Shown piece by piece: positions 8,890-18,737 of a stretch of DNA of 47,425 bases. Each line of letters opens with the position of its first letter. Position 1 is the stretch's first letter. The notes under the pieces were generated by a model. That model worked only from the letters and a program-made list of their open reading frames with translations, did no database searches and was not told where the DNA came from. The DNA is from a virus (taxonomy: Duplodnaviria; Caudoviricetes): the IMG/VR virus record IMGVR_UViG_3300020414_001816, positions 1 to 47,425 of that record; one strand, given 5' to 3'. The translations under genes were made by a program, and so were the position numbers.

Positions 8890-11119
8890 AGAATTACAAC
8901 TTGTATTTGATAAAGTAGTCAAAGACGCAGTTAAACTACGGCACGAATATGTGACATTAGAACATTTACTGTATGCAATGCTTTGTGAAAACAAATTCAC
9001 TGAAATTGTTTCAGGATTTGGCACAGATGTTGAATACATTAAAAAGAATTTAGAAAATTATTTAAGAACTAAACTTGATAATATTTTAGTTGAAAAAGGC
9101 AAAGAATATAAACCTGCTAAGACACAAACAGTTGAACGTGTATTGAATAGAGCCTTTACACAAGTATTATTCAGTATGCGTAATATGATAGAAATATCAG
9201 ATGTATTTCTAAGCATACTAAGTGAGAAAAAAAGTTATGCATATTTTATTACACAACAGGCCGGTGTAAATAAACAACAATTTGCAGACTACATCAGCAC
9301 AGAATTTGATAGAACACACATTGAAGATTCACAAGAAAATTTGGGTATTGCAAATAAAGCACTAAAAGAGTTCACAAGCGATTTAAACAGTGCAGTAAAA
9401 AACAATAAAATTGATCCTATTATTGGACGTAATGAAGAATTAGAACAAGTTGCACTTGCACTTGGTAGAAGAAGTAAAAGTAATGTACTTATGGTCGGTG
9501 AGCCTGGTGTAGGTAAAACTGCTATTGCTGAAGGACTTGCATATAATATTGTTCACGGTAATGTACCAGAATTTCTTAAAGAATACAATGTTTATACGTT
9601 GGATATTGGCAGTATGTTAGCAGGATCAAAGTATAGAGGAGACTTTGAAGAACGTTTTAAATTAGTTTTGTCTGCATTGCAGAAAAAAGGCAAAACTATT
9701 ATGTTTATTGACGAAGCACATATGATAAGCGGTGCCGGTGCAAGCGGTAGTAACAGTGCAAACGATATGGCAAATATGTTGAAACCTGCTTTGACCAAAG
9801 GCAACCTAAAAGTTGTTGCAAGCACAACTTGGGAGGAGTATCGTAAGTTCTTTGAAAAAGATCGTGCATTAATGCGTAGATTCCAAAGAGTAAATGTTGA
9901 CGAACCTTCAGAAGAAAATACTATAAAAATACTCAAAGGTATTAAACAATATTATGAAAGTTATCATAACACAACAATAACCGAAGAAGCAATAGCCGCA
10001 GCAGTAAAACTCAGTGTAAAATATCAAACAGATAAAAAACTACCTGATAAAGCTATAGATTTAATTGACGTTGCGTGTAGTAGATTCAAAGTTAATGATC
10101 AAATAGAAAACAAAGTTGTAACAGAAGAAAGTATACAATTTGAATTAGCAAAAATGGTTAATTTGCCTGAAGAACAAGTTAAAGAACGTGAAAGTGAAAA
10201 TTTAGCTAACTTAGAAAATAATCTTAAAAACGTAGTATACGGACAAGATCAAGCAATTGAAGATATTGTTGATAAAATACTTGTTGCACAAGCAGGTCTT
10301 AAAAGCGAAAACAAGCCTGTTGGTAGTTTTGTGTTTATGGGTCCTACAGGTGTTGGTAAAACTGAATTAAGTAAGCAATTAGCAGCACAATTAGGTGTTA
10401 AACTTGTAAGGTTTGATATGAGTGAATTTCAAGAAAAACACAGTGTAAGTAAGCTTATTGGCTCGCCTCCTGGATATGTTGGTTTTGAAGAAGATGCAGG
10501 ACAATTAATTATTAAATTACAAGAAAACCCAAACTGTGTATTGTTGCTAGACGAAATAGAAAAAGCACATCCTGATGTAAGTACAATTTTGCTACAAATT
10601 ATGGATAACGGCAGAATTACAGGCAGCAACGGTAAAGAAGCAGATGCACGTAATTGCACACTTATTCTTACTACTAATTTAGGCGCACAAGAAGCAGAGA
10701 AAAATGCAATTGGTTTTGGAGAAGACTTTGATAAAGATTATGAAGATACAGATTTCAAAAAATATTTTCCGCCTGAATTTAGAAACAGACTTGATGGCGT
10801 AATTACATTTGGAAAACTAGACAAACCAGTTATGATGAAAATTGTTGGTAAATTTTTACTTGAATTAAAACAACAAGTTAAGGAAAAAGATATTGCAATT
10901 GAAATCACAGACGAAGCATTAGATCATCTTGTAGACAAAGGATTCAATCCTAAAATGGGTGCTAGACCATTACAACGTGTTATAGACAATCAAATCAAGC
11001 GTCCACTTTCACGCAAAATGTTGTTTGGTGATTTGAAAAATGGTGGTAGTGTAACAATCGATTTTAGGGAAGATGAAATAAAATTAGATTGTATGGTAGA
11101 AGAAAATGAAACTGTATGA
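8873..11119 (+). CDS. clpA: ClpA-like AAA+ unfoldase
   Basis: Clp N-domain, two Walker A (GEPGVGKT, GPTGVGKT), IGF ClpP-docking loop, no ClpB M-domain. Confidence 0.93.
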   Translation: MVEPSKELQLVFDKVVKDAVKLRHEYVTLEHLLYAMLCENKFTEIVSGFGTDVEYIKKNLENYLRTKLDNILVEKGKEYKPAKTQTVERVLNRAFTQVLFSMRNMIEISDVFLSILSEKKSYAYFITQQAGVNKQQFADYISTEFDRTHIEDSQENLGIANKALKEFTSDLNSAVKNNKIDPIIGRNEELEQVALALGRRSKSNVLMVGEPGVGKTAIAEGLAYNIVHGNVPEFLKEYNVYTLDIGSMLAGSKYRGDFEERFKLVLSALQKKGKTIMFIDEAHMISGAGASGSNSANDMANMLKPALTKGNLKVVASTTWEEYRKFFEKDRALMRRFQRVNVDEPSEENTIKILKGIKQYYESYHNTTITEEAIAAAVKLSVKYQTDKKLPDKAIDLIDVACSRFKVNDQIENKVVTEESIQFELAKMVNLPEEQVKERESENLANLENNLKNVVYGQDQAIEDIVDKILVAQAGLKSENKPVGSFVFMGPTGVGKTELSKQLAAQLGVKLVRFDMSEFQEKHSVSKLIGSPPGYVGFEEDAGQLIIKLQENPNCVLLLDEIEKAHPDVSTILLQIMDNGRITGSNGKEADARNCTLILTTNLGAQEAEKNAIGFGEDFDKDYEDTDFKKYFPPEFRNRLDGVITFGKLDKPVMMKIVGKFLLELKQQVKEKDIAIEITDEALDHLVDKGFNPKMGARPLQRVIDNQIKRPLSRKMLFGDLKNGGSVTIDFREDEIKLDCMVEENETV

Positions 11120-11795
11120 AAGTAAAAAGTTACATTATAACAAGTATCTTTACAAACTTTGTATACACAACCAATGCGCAACATTTTTCCGTACTGAGTT
11201 TCAACAACCTGGCACATTAAGTTATGCAAAAGGAAAATTAGACGAATGTAATAGGTATCATAATTTTAAGAAAACTAGAATTACAATACCAGTTGGCAGC
11301 AGATTCAAAGAAAGTATTGATACAAAACATTATTATGATGCAATAACAATTTATAGACATTTAGTAAAGCACGATGTAGACTATCTAGTTAGAGTTGAAA
11401 TGCATAGATTAAACTTATACAGTAATGATAGAAAGTTCTTAACTACTTTGTCAAACAATATAAAAGTTAATTGGGTAGAATTTTACGAACCTGATCCTTT
11501 ACAAATACAATTTCTACAACAAAATAAAAATGTTATTTTAGTTGATAAAAAACCACAATATGAGTACAAAATTACACTTGGAAAAAAGTTGGGTTTACCT
11601 AGTCTTATTAAATGGATAGAGAATAATCCCCATTTAGCAAAAATAGGTGATAAAGCAAAAGAAACTATAAACAATAATGGATATGTAAAAGGTTATTACT
11701 TTTATGTACGTGATGCAAAATCATTACTAATAGCTCAGATGTTAGTTGGGGATAATATACAAAGGATAGAGCAATTAGTTTACACAGATAAATAG
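11106..11795 (+). CDS. Hypothetical phage protein
   Basis: 229-aa ORF overlapping clpA end. Confidence 0.75.
   Translation: MKLYESKKLHYNKYLYKLCIHNQCATFFRTEFQQPGTLSYAKGKLDECNRYHNFKKTRITIPVGSRFKESIDTKHYYDAITIYRHLVKHDVDYLVRVEMHRLNLYSNDRKFLTTLSNNIKVNWVEFYEPDPLQIQFLQQNKNVILVDKKPQYEYKITLGKKLGLPSLIKWIENNPHLAKIGDKAKETINNNGYVKGYYFYVRDAKSLLIAQMLVGDNIQRIEQLVYTDK
11789..11794 (+). promoter_or_regulatory. TAAATA late-promoter-like box, probably leaderless transcript
   Basis: 5 nt before ATG 11800, no SD. Confidence 0.5.
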
Positions 11796-11799
11796 TATT

Positions 11800-12372
11800 A
11801 TGCACTATTTAAGTATAACCTTTGCAAACTTTGATCATCAACTTGTAGCAGAAACTGTATCTACTGCAAGCAATGAATTATTTGAAAATGTAAGTGAATA
11901 TGCACTAGAAGAAAATAACAATACTTCAACAGTGACTATTGACACTCCGTTTGCATTGAATGAAGATGAAATAGAAGGAGTAGCAATGAAACTATTTGAA
12001 CTAGGACTTAATGATTTCGAAATAAATGCAACAGAAGACTTTGATAATGTAAACGAAATTACATTAGAAGATAACGAAGACTTCCACGAATATTTTGGCT
12101 ACCCTGGATATGTTGACGAAGATGGTGTTTGGGAAGCAGAATATCAAGGACGTAAAGTTAAACTAGGCAAGCCTATGGCAGGTGATGTTAAAAAGTTCAA
12201 AGTATATGTAAAGAATCCAAAAGGCAACGTAGTTAAAGTTAACTTTGGACAAAAAGGTATGAAAATCAAAAAGAATAACGCTGCAAGACGCAGAAGTTTC
12301 CGTGCTAGACACAACTGTGATAATCCAGGACCACGTCATAAGGCACGTTATTGGAGTTGTAGAAAATGGTAA
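11800..12372 (+). CDS. Probable head-internal protein (acidic N-part plus basic EAEYQGRKV...WSCRKW module)
   Basis: Module typical of marine T4-like phages; preceded by E-type junction. Confidence 0.7.
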   Translation: MHYLSITFANFDHQLVAETVSTASNELFENVSEYALEENNNTSTVTIDTPFALNEDEIEGVAMKLFELGLNDFEINATEDFDNVNEITLEDNEDFHEYFGYPGYVDEDGVWEAEYQGRKVKLGKPMAGDVKKFKVYVKNPKGNVVKVNFGQKGMKIKKNNAARRRSFRARHNCDNPGPRHKARYWSCRKW

Positions 12373-12890
12373 AAATTAATGAATTTCACGACATAGATAT
12401 ACCTAAAGAAATATATCCAAGTCCTGATTATGATGTTGCTGAAGACTTAAAAGTTTACATTAGAAATGACCCAATGTTTTATAGAAAGTCATTTTTTCCA
12501 GCATTTGAAGATTATAAGAAAAGCAAGCAAACAAAAGGCTTGTTCGATATGGTAAACAATGGATTAAAAAATTATTGTGCAAAATATCAATTGCCTTTTG
12601 CACCTAACGAACTGCTCAACAAACAAGATATCAAAATGATTGTTAGCGAACTTATCAATGATGAAATGCAAGAAGTAAACGAAGGTGTTATGGATTTTGT
12701 AAAAGGTGTTGGTAATAGAATTATGCACGGCAAAAAAGATCCATTTAAAGATTATATGAGATATGCAACAAAACGCCTAAATTACAAAACAGACAAACAG
12801 TTACTCTCTGATATGAGAAGAGAATTTCCAAGAGCAGCACCAGCAGATTTAGCGAGGGCAATTGTACAAGCAAGAAAAGCGGCTGCTTAA
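12366..12890 (+). CDS. Probable head-internal protein
   Basis: MVKINE leader; internal VNE|G junction followed by basic module. Confidence 0.65.
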   Translation: MVKINEFHDIDIPKEIYPSPDYDVAEDLKVYIRNDPMFYRKSFFPAFEDYKKSKQTKGLFDMVNNGLKNYCAKYQLPFAPNELLNKQDIKMIVSELINDEMQEVNEGVMDFVKGVGNRIMHGKKDPFKDYMRYATKRLNYKTDKQLLSDMRREFPRAAPADLARAIVQARKAAA

Positions 12891-13114
12891 TGGATATTGC
12901 CGACTTACAACACCTTGCTGGTATCAAAAATAAATTTACAGGCTTTACTCCGTATGTGCCTGAAAATATTAGTCATACAGGTACAGAAAAAGCAAAAATA
13001 CAACGTAAGAATAATATAAAACCTGGTGACGAAGAGTGGTTCAAGTTGTGGTTTAGTCGTCCTTATTGGAAAGGTCAAGAATATCCTCCAGGCTTACGAG
13101 GACGAAAAAAATGA
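12890..13114 (+). CDS. Small hypothetical virion-associated protein
   Basis: LQHLAGI start, IKPGDEEWFKLWF motif. Confidence 0.7.
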   Translation: MDIADLQHLAGIKNKFTGFTPYVPENISHTGTEKAKIQRKNNIKPGDEEWFKLWFSRPYWKGQEYPPGLRGRKK

Positions 13115-13446
13115 GAATACATCATTTAGATGAAGGTGTTGGTAGAATAGTCAAAGGTGTTAATACAACACCAGATGTAGGCCCTAATCAAACCAGTATA
13201 GAAGCAGCAAAGTTTGGTTTCAAAGTAGACAAAGACGGACGTCCTCCTACACACAAGAAAAAAGTTAAAGGCAATAGTACGAATGTTTTATATAATTTAG
13301 GACTTGCAGAAAATGAAGTTCCACGCTATACTGCTGTTGAATGGGCAATTATGGAAGGCGGACATACATTAGATGAAGTTGTGCAAAAACCAAAAAAACC
13401 GGGTAGAATATTTGCTGCACTAACAGAGAACGATAATGAAGATTGA
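13111..13446 (+). CDS. Probable head-internal protein
   Basis: Start MRIHHLDE|G at 13111 with GAGGA SD. Confidence 0.65.
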   Translation: MRIHHLDEGVGRIVKGVNTTPDVGPNQTSIEAAKFGFKVDKDGRPPTHKKKVKGNSTNVLYNLGLAENEVPRYTAVEWAIMEGGHTLDEVVQKPKKPGRIFAALTENDNED

Positions 13447-14170
13447 AGAATTAGAAAATTTTATCAGCCTCAGTGAGGAAATAGGATTAAATCCTAATAC
13501 AGAAATCTATATCGATATGGATGGAGTTCTTGCTGACTTTTTTGGCGAATGGGCTAAACTTATGCAAGTCGATCATTTTTCTCAAATTAATAAAAAACAC
13601 GACATAGATGATGCTCTACAAAAAATAAGAGATACTGACGAATTTTGGTTAAATTTACCTTTATTACCACAAGCAAAAGATTTACTTGGACTTGTAAAAA
13701 AAGTCAAAGGACAATATTTTATTTGTAGTTCACCTTTAGCAGATGATCCAAGATCCGAACCACACAAGCGTGAATGGATAAAAAACAACTTATCATTTTT
13801 CCCACCAAAAGATGTTTTTATTACACACAATAAACCAAAGTATGCCAAAAATGACGATGGTAGTCCAAATATATTGATCGACGATTACGGTGTGAATATT
13901 AATGCTTGGGAAGATGCAGGAGGCATAGGTTTCAAATACAAAGATCATAAATTTGAACGTACAGCAAAAGCAATTAAACAGGCAGTAGGTGAAAACTTTG
14001 CTGACGGTAAGAAGAAAGGCAAAAGCAGACCAGGGCGTGTAGCACGTTCAGGTGCTAGTTGTAACGGAAGCGTGACAGATTTACGTAAACGTGCTAAAAA
14101 AGCAAGTGGCGAGAAAGCGAGGATGTATCATTGGTGCGCAAATATGAAGAGTGGACGCAAGAAGAAATAG
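13436..14170 (+). CDS. HAD 5'(3')-deoxyribonucleotidase-like domain with targeting leader and basic C-terminal module
   Basis: YIDMDGVLADF, K..W, ILIDD, W..AGG; MKIEEL leader; ENFADGK...HWCANMKSG tail. Confidence 0.8.
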   Translation: MKIEELENFISLSEEIGLNPNTEIYIDMDGVLADFFGEWAKLMQVDHFSQINKKHDIDDALQKIRDTDEFWLNLPLLPQAKDLLGLVKKVKGQYFICSSPLADDPRSEPHKREWIKNNLSFFPPKDVFITHNKPKYAKNDDGSPNILIDDYGVNINAWEDAGGIGFKYKDHKFERTAKAIKQAVGENFADGKKKGKSRPGRVARSGASCNGSVTDLRKRAKKASGEKARMYHWCANMKSGRKKK

Positions 14171-14271
14171 CGTTCTATGTAAAAAAACATAAAGAACACG
14201 AAGAAAATCGTACGTCTACAAATGATCGCAACGAATACTGGAGAAATTATGAAGATAAAAGAATTATGTGA
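14131..14271 (+). CDS. Possible small hypothetical protein (46 aa)
   Basis: TTG/GTG start after GAGGA; bridges the 14170-14249 gap. Confidence 0.35.
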   Translation: MVRKYEEWTQEEIAFYVKKHKEHEENRTSTNDRNEYWRNYEDKRIM

Positions 14272-14437
14272 AACAACAGCAGCAGCAGTAGCAACGGTAG
14301 CAGCGCCTGTTGGCGGATTAGTTAGTAGGCAAATGAAAAACTCCGACGGCACTGTAAAAAATGCCTTAGATATTGACACAAACATCCTAGGTGGCAAGCC
14401 TAAGAAGAAGAACAGTAAACGCTCTAAAGATAAATAG
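14249..14437 (+). CDS. Probable small head-internal protein
   Basis: GGAG SD; MKIKELCE leader, basic tail. Confidence 0.65.
   Translation: MKIKELCETTAAAVATVAAPVGGLVSRQMKNSDGTVKNALDIDTNILGGKPKKKNSKRSKDK
14431..14436 (+). promoter_or_regulatory. TAAATA late-promoter-like box
   Basis: GATAAATAGTAT, same context as at 11787. Confidence 0.55.
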
Positions 14438-14464
14438 TATAGTAATTACTATTGGAGCATTATA

Positions 14465-15127
14465 ATGACTGAAAAAGCCACAAAAGAAAGCGGCCTTCAA
14501 AGACACATCGGTATTAAAAAATACGGTAAAAAAGGTTTTGAGGAACTACAGAAGGCTGGTCGCGAAGGCGCAAGCGAAGAAGAAAAAGGCGCAATCAAAG
14601 ATAAACATCTTCCAAAAAAGAAAGTTAAAGAAGGTCTTGCGGATCTAGCAGATGCCGCGGAGCGTGATCACGAAGTACAAATGGCTCGTAGTGATTTGTA
14701 TAAGATCGCAAAGTATGCTATCAAGCTACACGAAATGATGAAAAACGTAAGTGAAGCAGAGGGCATTGAAGGTTGGCAGCAAGCCAAAATCACTAAAGCA
14801 GCAGACTATTTGAGCAGCGTATTCCACAGTTTAGATTATGAAATGAATATGGATTCACCTAAACTACCAGAGTCCGCAAAACCAAAGCGTCACAAACCAG
14901 TATTAACAAAAGAGGAATTTAGCACATATAAAGGAAATTTAGCTATGAAAATGAAAGAAATCACCGAAGCAAAAGATGTTTGTCCTGATTGCGGCAACCC
15001 TAGCTACAAAACATTACCAGAAGAAAAGCAAAAAGGTGTTGATGGCAAAGTATGCTGGAAAGGCTACAAGCGTATGGGCACTAAGAAAAAAGGCGGCAAG
15101 ACTGTAGACAACTGCGTCAAAATGTAA
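14465..15127 (+). CDS. Probable modular head-internal protein
   Basis: Modules separated by xKE/xTE/xPE junctions; DHEVQMARSDLY and CWKGYKR...NCVK modules. Confidence 0.72.
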   Translation: MTEKATKESGLQRHIGIKKYGKKGFEELQKAGREGASEEEKGAIKDKHLPKKKVKEGLADLADAAERDHEVQMARSDLYKIAKYAIKLHEMMKNVSEAEGIEGWQQAKITKAADYLSSVFHSLDYEMNMDSPKLPESAKPKRHKPVLTKEEFSTYKGNLAMKMKEITEAKDVCPDCGNPSYKTLPEEKQKGVDGKVCWKGYKRMGTKKKGGKTVDNCVKM

Positions 15128-15249
15128 TGAAAATTAAAGAAGTCATATCGGAAAAATGGAGTTCAAAATACAAAAAAAGTATTAACTGCTCTAATCCAAA
15201 AGGCTTCTCACAAAAGGCACATTGCGCTGGCAAGAAGAAAAGGAAATAG
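15127..15249 (+). CDS. Small basic probable internal protein (40 aa, not in ORF track)
   Basis: MKIKEVISEKWSSKYKKSINCSNPKGFSQKAHCAGKKKRK*; TAATG coupling. Confidence 0.75.
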   Translation: MKIKEVISEKWSSKYKKSINCSNPKGFSQKAHCAGKKKRK

Positions 15250-15251
15250 TA

Positions 15252-15998
15252 ATGGATTATAATGCACTACAGCACAAATTGTTTGCTATGGATCCGGTAG
15301 ATCCTAAGCAAGAACTTGAAAAACTTAGAGCACAAGCAGGTGGTAATGCTCCAGCACCTGAAGTAAAAGTTGACTATATCGCAGAAAGTGCCAGTGTGCC
15401 TGAAGGTTCATTACAAATGGATAGAAATTACAGTGTAAGTGACTTTGCTGCACTTGCTGGTATCACTTTGAACGAAGGGCATAAAACAGGCTCTGAAGGA
15501 CAGCTTAAAGCAAAAGATGCTATTACTAAAAAAAGTAAACCAGGCGGTAATGAAACTCCACACCCAGCAAGAGGTAAACTTGTAGGCGAAGCAGATGATG
15601 ATGCTTTTACTAAAGCTATTGATAAAAGTTTTGGACAAGGCAGTATTGCTAAAAAAATTGGTTTCAGTCCTACAGGTGAATTATACAAAGCAATTTATCG
15701 TGCTATTAAGGCAATAATGCCAGATGCTAGTGAACCTGAAATACAAAAAGCAGCACAAGCGGCAGCAAATAGTATGGAAGAGTCAATAAGTGAACGTGAA
15801 CTTACAAAAGGCGAAGAAAAGAAAAAAGAAAAATACGTCAAAGGTATGAAGAAAAACAAAGGTGATTTCAAAGACCGTTACGGAAAAGATGCTGAAGCTG
15901 TAATGTATGCTACTGCTACAAAAATGGCCAAAGAGTCTAGTGTTGATAGTATAAAAGACCAACTTTATGCTGCACTTAATAAAAAAATGGGAATGTAA
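15252..15998 (+). CDS. Probable modular head-internal protein
   Basis: Start MDYNALQ; LAGITLNE, VGE and ISE junctions; YGKDAEAVMYATATKMAK module. Confidence 0.72.
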   Translation: MDYNALQHKLFAMDPVDPKQELEKLRAQAGGNAPAPEVKVDYIAESASVPEGSLQMDRNYSVSDFAALAGITLNEGHKTGSEGQLKAKDAITKKSKPGGNETPHPARGKLVGEADDDAFTKAIDKSFGQGSIAKKIGFSPTGELYKAIYRAIKAIMPDASEPEIQKAAQAAANSMEESISERELTKGEEKKKEKYVKGMKKNKGDFKDRYGKDAEAVMYATATKMAKESSVDSIKDQLYAALNKKMGM

Positions 15999-18737
15999 AT
16001 GAAACTTTTTGACGTCTTAAAAGAAGATGCTTTACAGGCCTTTGCTGGCAACAGAAACATCAACGTTTATGTTGGTCCAGACAGCGTTGACGAAGAGTTA
16101 ATTAAATCTATACAACGTGCAATGGCAAAACACAGTTTAGCTCTTGGACAAAGACAAGAAGGTTCGTGGTGGCCAAACAATACAAAAGCTTGGACCGGTG
16201 GTGAAACAGGAAAATTTGATCCTGCACTTGGTAATGCTATAAGAAGATGGCAAGAAAGCATTAATATACAAATTGACGATATGGCAGATAACACCAAAGT
16301 AAGAAAACTTACTGTAAATGGTGTAATAAATCAAGAAGATGGAAAACTGTTATTAGCTCCTTTGAATAATTTAGGCTTTTTAAAAAACAGAGAACTAGAT
16401 AATGCTTTGGCAAACTTCAAAAAAGTGCGTAGAGCATTTGATGGACAACGTTTTGTCAACGGTGATGTATCTCAAGTTACAGATTATGGTAGTTTCTTGC
16501 AAGCTATTGGCAGAGACGGATGGGCTGCTGTGCTAACTCCTATTGCTAATGAGCGGTGGAAAGGACAACAATTTGCAGGCCAAACAGAGATAAACGTGAA
16601 AGATTGGGTTGACGATGGAATTGATCAAATACTTAACAAATCACGTAATGCCGATTTGTTGTTTGATAATTTAAGAGCTATTTTGCGTCCGCTAAGTCCT
16701 AATTTTAAAACACAAAATAAAATTGGTGGAGTAGTAAGACTTATACCTGATTTTGAAAGACTGAGATTTTTACAAGTAACTTACTTAGGTCCTAAGGTAG
16801 CAAGAGAAGATTTAACAAAACCAAAATTATTATACTTACACTTTGCAGGAATTGCACAATACGAGTTTGAACGTGATAGAAGAACTATTGCAGATAGAAT
16901 TAAGAAGCAAGAAGCCGAAGATGCTAAGTCCGAACAAAATGATACAGCTAATTTTGATCAAATAACAGCAAGACAATTGGCTGAAAAAATAGAAAATGCT
17001 TTTAAAAATAATTACTTTGCTGTTTTTACCTCTGCTCGTGTTGAAAGTGACGAGATGAGCATAGAAGAAGCATTAATGCAACTTGCAAATGCCAAGGATT
17101 ATGATGCAGTAGCAAAAGAATACAATGCATTGACAAATACAATACTAAGTCAACGTATGGTAGACGAATTAAGTCCAGAGCTTTACAACAGAATATTCAT
17201 AGCACATTTAATTAGAATCAAAAGAATTAATCCAAGATTATATCATAGTTCGATTCGGTTTACAGATGATAGTATAACTGTTATGGACAACGGTAAAGAG
17301 TTTGAAATTATGCGTGTTATGTCACGCGATAGACCAGATATTGAACCTGAAGTATTTGATGTTCTTTTAGAAGACAGACTTTTAAAAGAAGCTATTGCAC
17401 AAAGCGGTGGTGAACTACCAGATTTGTATAGACAGCCTTCTGCAGATGAAAGAAATGCAGCAATCAATGCATTCATTGATGTAATGAATAAAACATATCC
17501 AGAAATGGTTAGATTTTATGCACACTTGCCGCCATTTCAAGAATATGCTCCTTTAGGTCCTTTAAGACTAAAAGGTATTATAGAAGAAGGCACAGTGTAT
17601 CAAAGTGCAGGCACAGATCCTTCATTGTTTTATGAACAATCAATTGCAAAAGATAGAATATGGTTAGTTGGAGACGGTGAGGACAACGACGGTGATGGTG
17701 AAGTAGACGGTGGTAATGCTAACATATACTTTGATGAAAGATATCAACAAGAAGGGTTAGACGCAAGACAATTTGAAATTCCTGACAATGAAGAAAAAAT
17801 AGAACTAAACGATGACGAAATGAGCATAGTTCGTGATTTGGCAAGCAGAAAAGAAGACCTTATTTTAGATGCTATAGACAGATTATTTAAATTGAACAAT
17901 CCTAAAAAGAGATACATTGATACCATATATCCAGGCTTCAAACAAGAAACAGGACAGTTTATAGAAGAAGAATTAGGTGGCAGAGGTGACGATGCTTGGA
18001 CATATAAATTTTTCAAAGAAAATACAACTGATTCAAATCCACTGATGGCAGCTTTGTTGACCAGATTTGGTGAAACAATGGGAAAGAGTCCTTTACAGGT
18101 TATTGCATTTGTAGCACCTAAGGGTACCGCTGATCAATTTAAAGAAGCACTAGAAAGAACGTCTTTGGCAGGATTGATTAACAATGTTGACGAACCAATG
18201 CTGAGAAAACTTTTTGATGCTTTGGTTAGCAGAGAAGACTTTGATATTGTAGACAAGTATTATGATGGCGATTTACAAACAGATATAGAAGATAAAGACT
18301 GGTGGGCAACTGACGAGGCTATAGCGCAAAGATTAGCTAAAATAGGAGTTAATCCAAGAAAACAAGCTAGGTCGCAGATACAGAACGAAGTAAATGCAAT
18401 ATCTGATGAATTAGGAAAAATAGAAGATCTAGAAGGCAAGGAATTAGAAACACTTGTAAATTCAATTAATGTAATGGAAATTGTGAATAAACTTGAAGAA
18501 TATATGAAAGAATATAATCTTTTAGATGGAACTAAACAAGACGAAGCAATGCCACAAATATTCCAAGCTTTGAATCCTTATTTGGGTATTTTACGCGACG
18601 ATAATCCAAACATCAGCAAAGGTTTTGCTGCTAAACAAGAAAACGATAGAAAAGCACTATATGGTGGACTAGCAAACTACGAGCAAGCTAGGGAAAAGTA
18701 TATGGAATTGCAAAATAAGTATTACGGCGTAGAATGA
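15999..18737 (+). CDS. 912-aa probable virion protein with annexin-like repeats and acidic DNDGDG motif
   Basis: MKLFDVLKE leader; PG-binding-like N-region; two annexin-like helical repeats. Confidence 0.75.
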   Translation: MKLFDVLKEDALQAFAGNRNINVYVGPDSVDEELIKSIQRAMAKHSLALGQRQEGSWWPNNTKAWTGGETGKFDPALGNAIRRWQESINIQIDDMADNTKVRKLTVNGVINQEDGKLLLAPLNNLGFLKNRELDNALANFKKVRRAFDGQRFVNGDVSQVTDYGSFLQAIGRDGWAAVLTPIANERWKGQQFAGQTEINVKDWVDDGIDQILNKSRNADLLFDNLRAILRPLSPNFKTQNKIGGVVRLIPDFERLRFLQVTYLGPKVAREDLTKPKLLYLHFAGIAQYEFERDRRTIADRIKKQEAEDAKSEQNDTANFDQITARQLAEKIENAFKNNYFAVFTSARVESDEMSIEEALMQLANAKDYDAVAKEYNALTNTILSQRMVDELSPELYNRIFIAHLIRIKRINPRLYHSSIRFTDDSITVMDNGKEFEIMRVMSRDRPDIEPEVFDVLLEDRLLKEAIAQSGGELPDLYRQPSADERNAAINAFIDVMNKTYPEMVRFYAHLPPFQEYAPLGPLRLKGIIEEGTVYQSAGTDPSLFYEQSIAKDRIWLVGDGEDNDGDGEVDGGNANIYFDERYQQEGLDARQFEIPDNEEKIELNDDEMSIVRDLASRKEDLILDAIDRLFKLNNPKKRYIDTIYPGFKQETGQFIEEELGGRGDDAWTYKFFKENTTDSNPLMAALLTRFGETMGKSPLQVIAFVAPKGTADQFKEALERTSLAGLINNVDEPMLRKLFDALVSREDFDIVDKYYDGDLQTDIEDKDWWATDEAIAQRLAKIGVNPRKQARSQIQNEVNAISDELGKIEDLEGKELETLVNSINVMEIVNKLEEYMKEYNLLDGTKQDEAMPQIFQALNPYLGILRDDNPNISKGFAAKQENDRKALYGGLANYEQAREKYMELQNKYYGVE

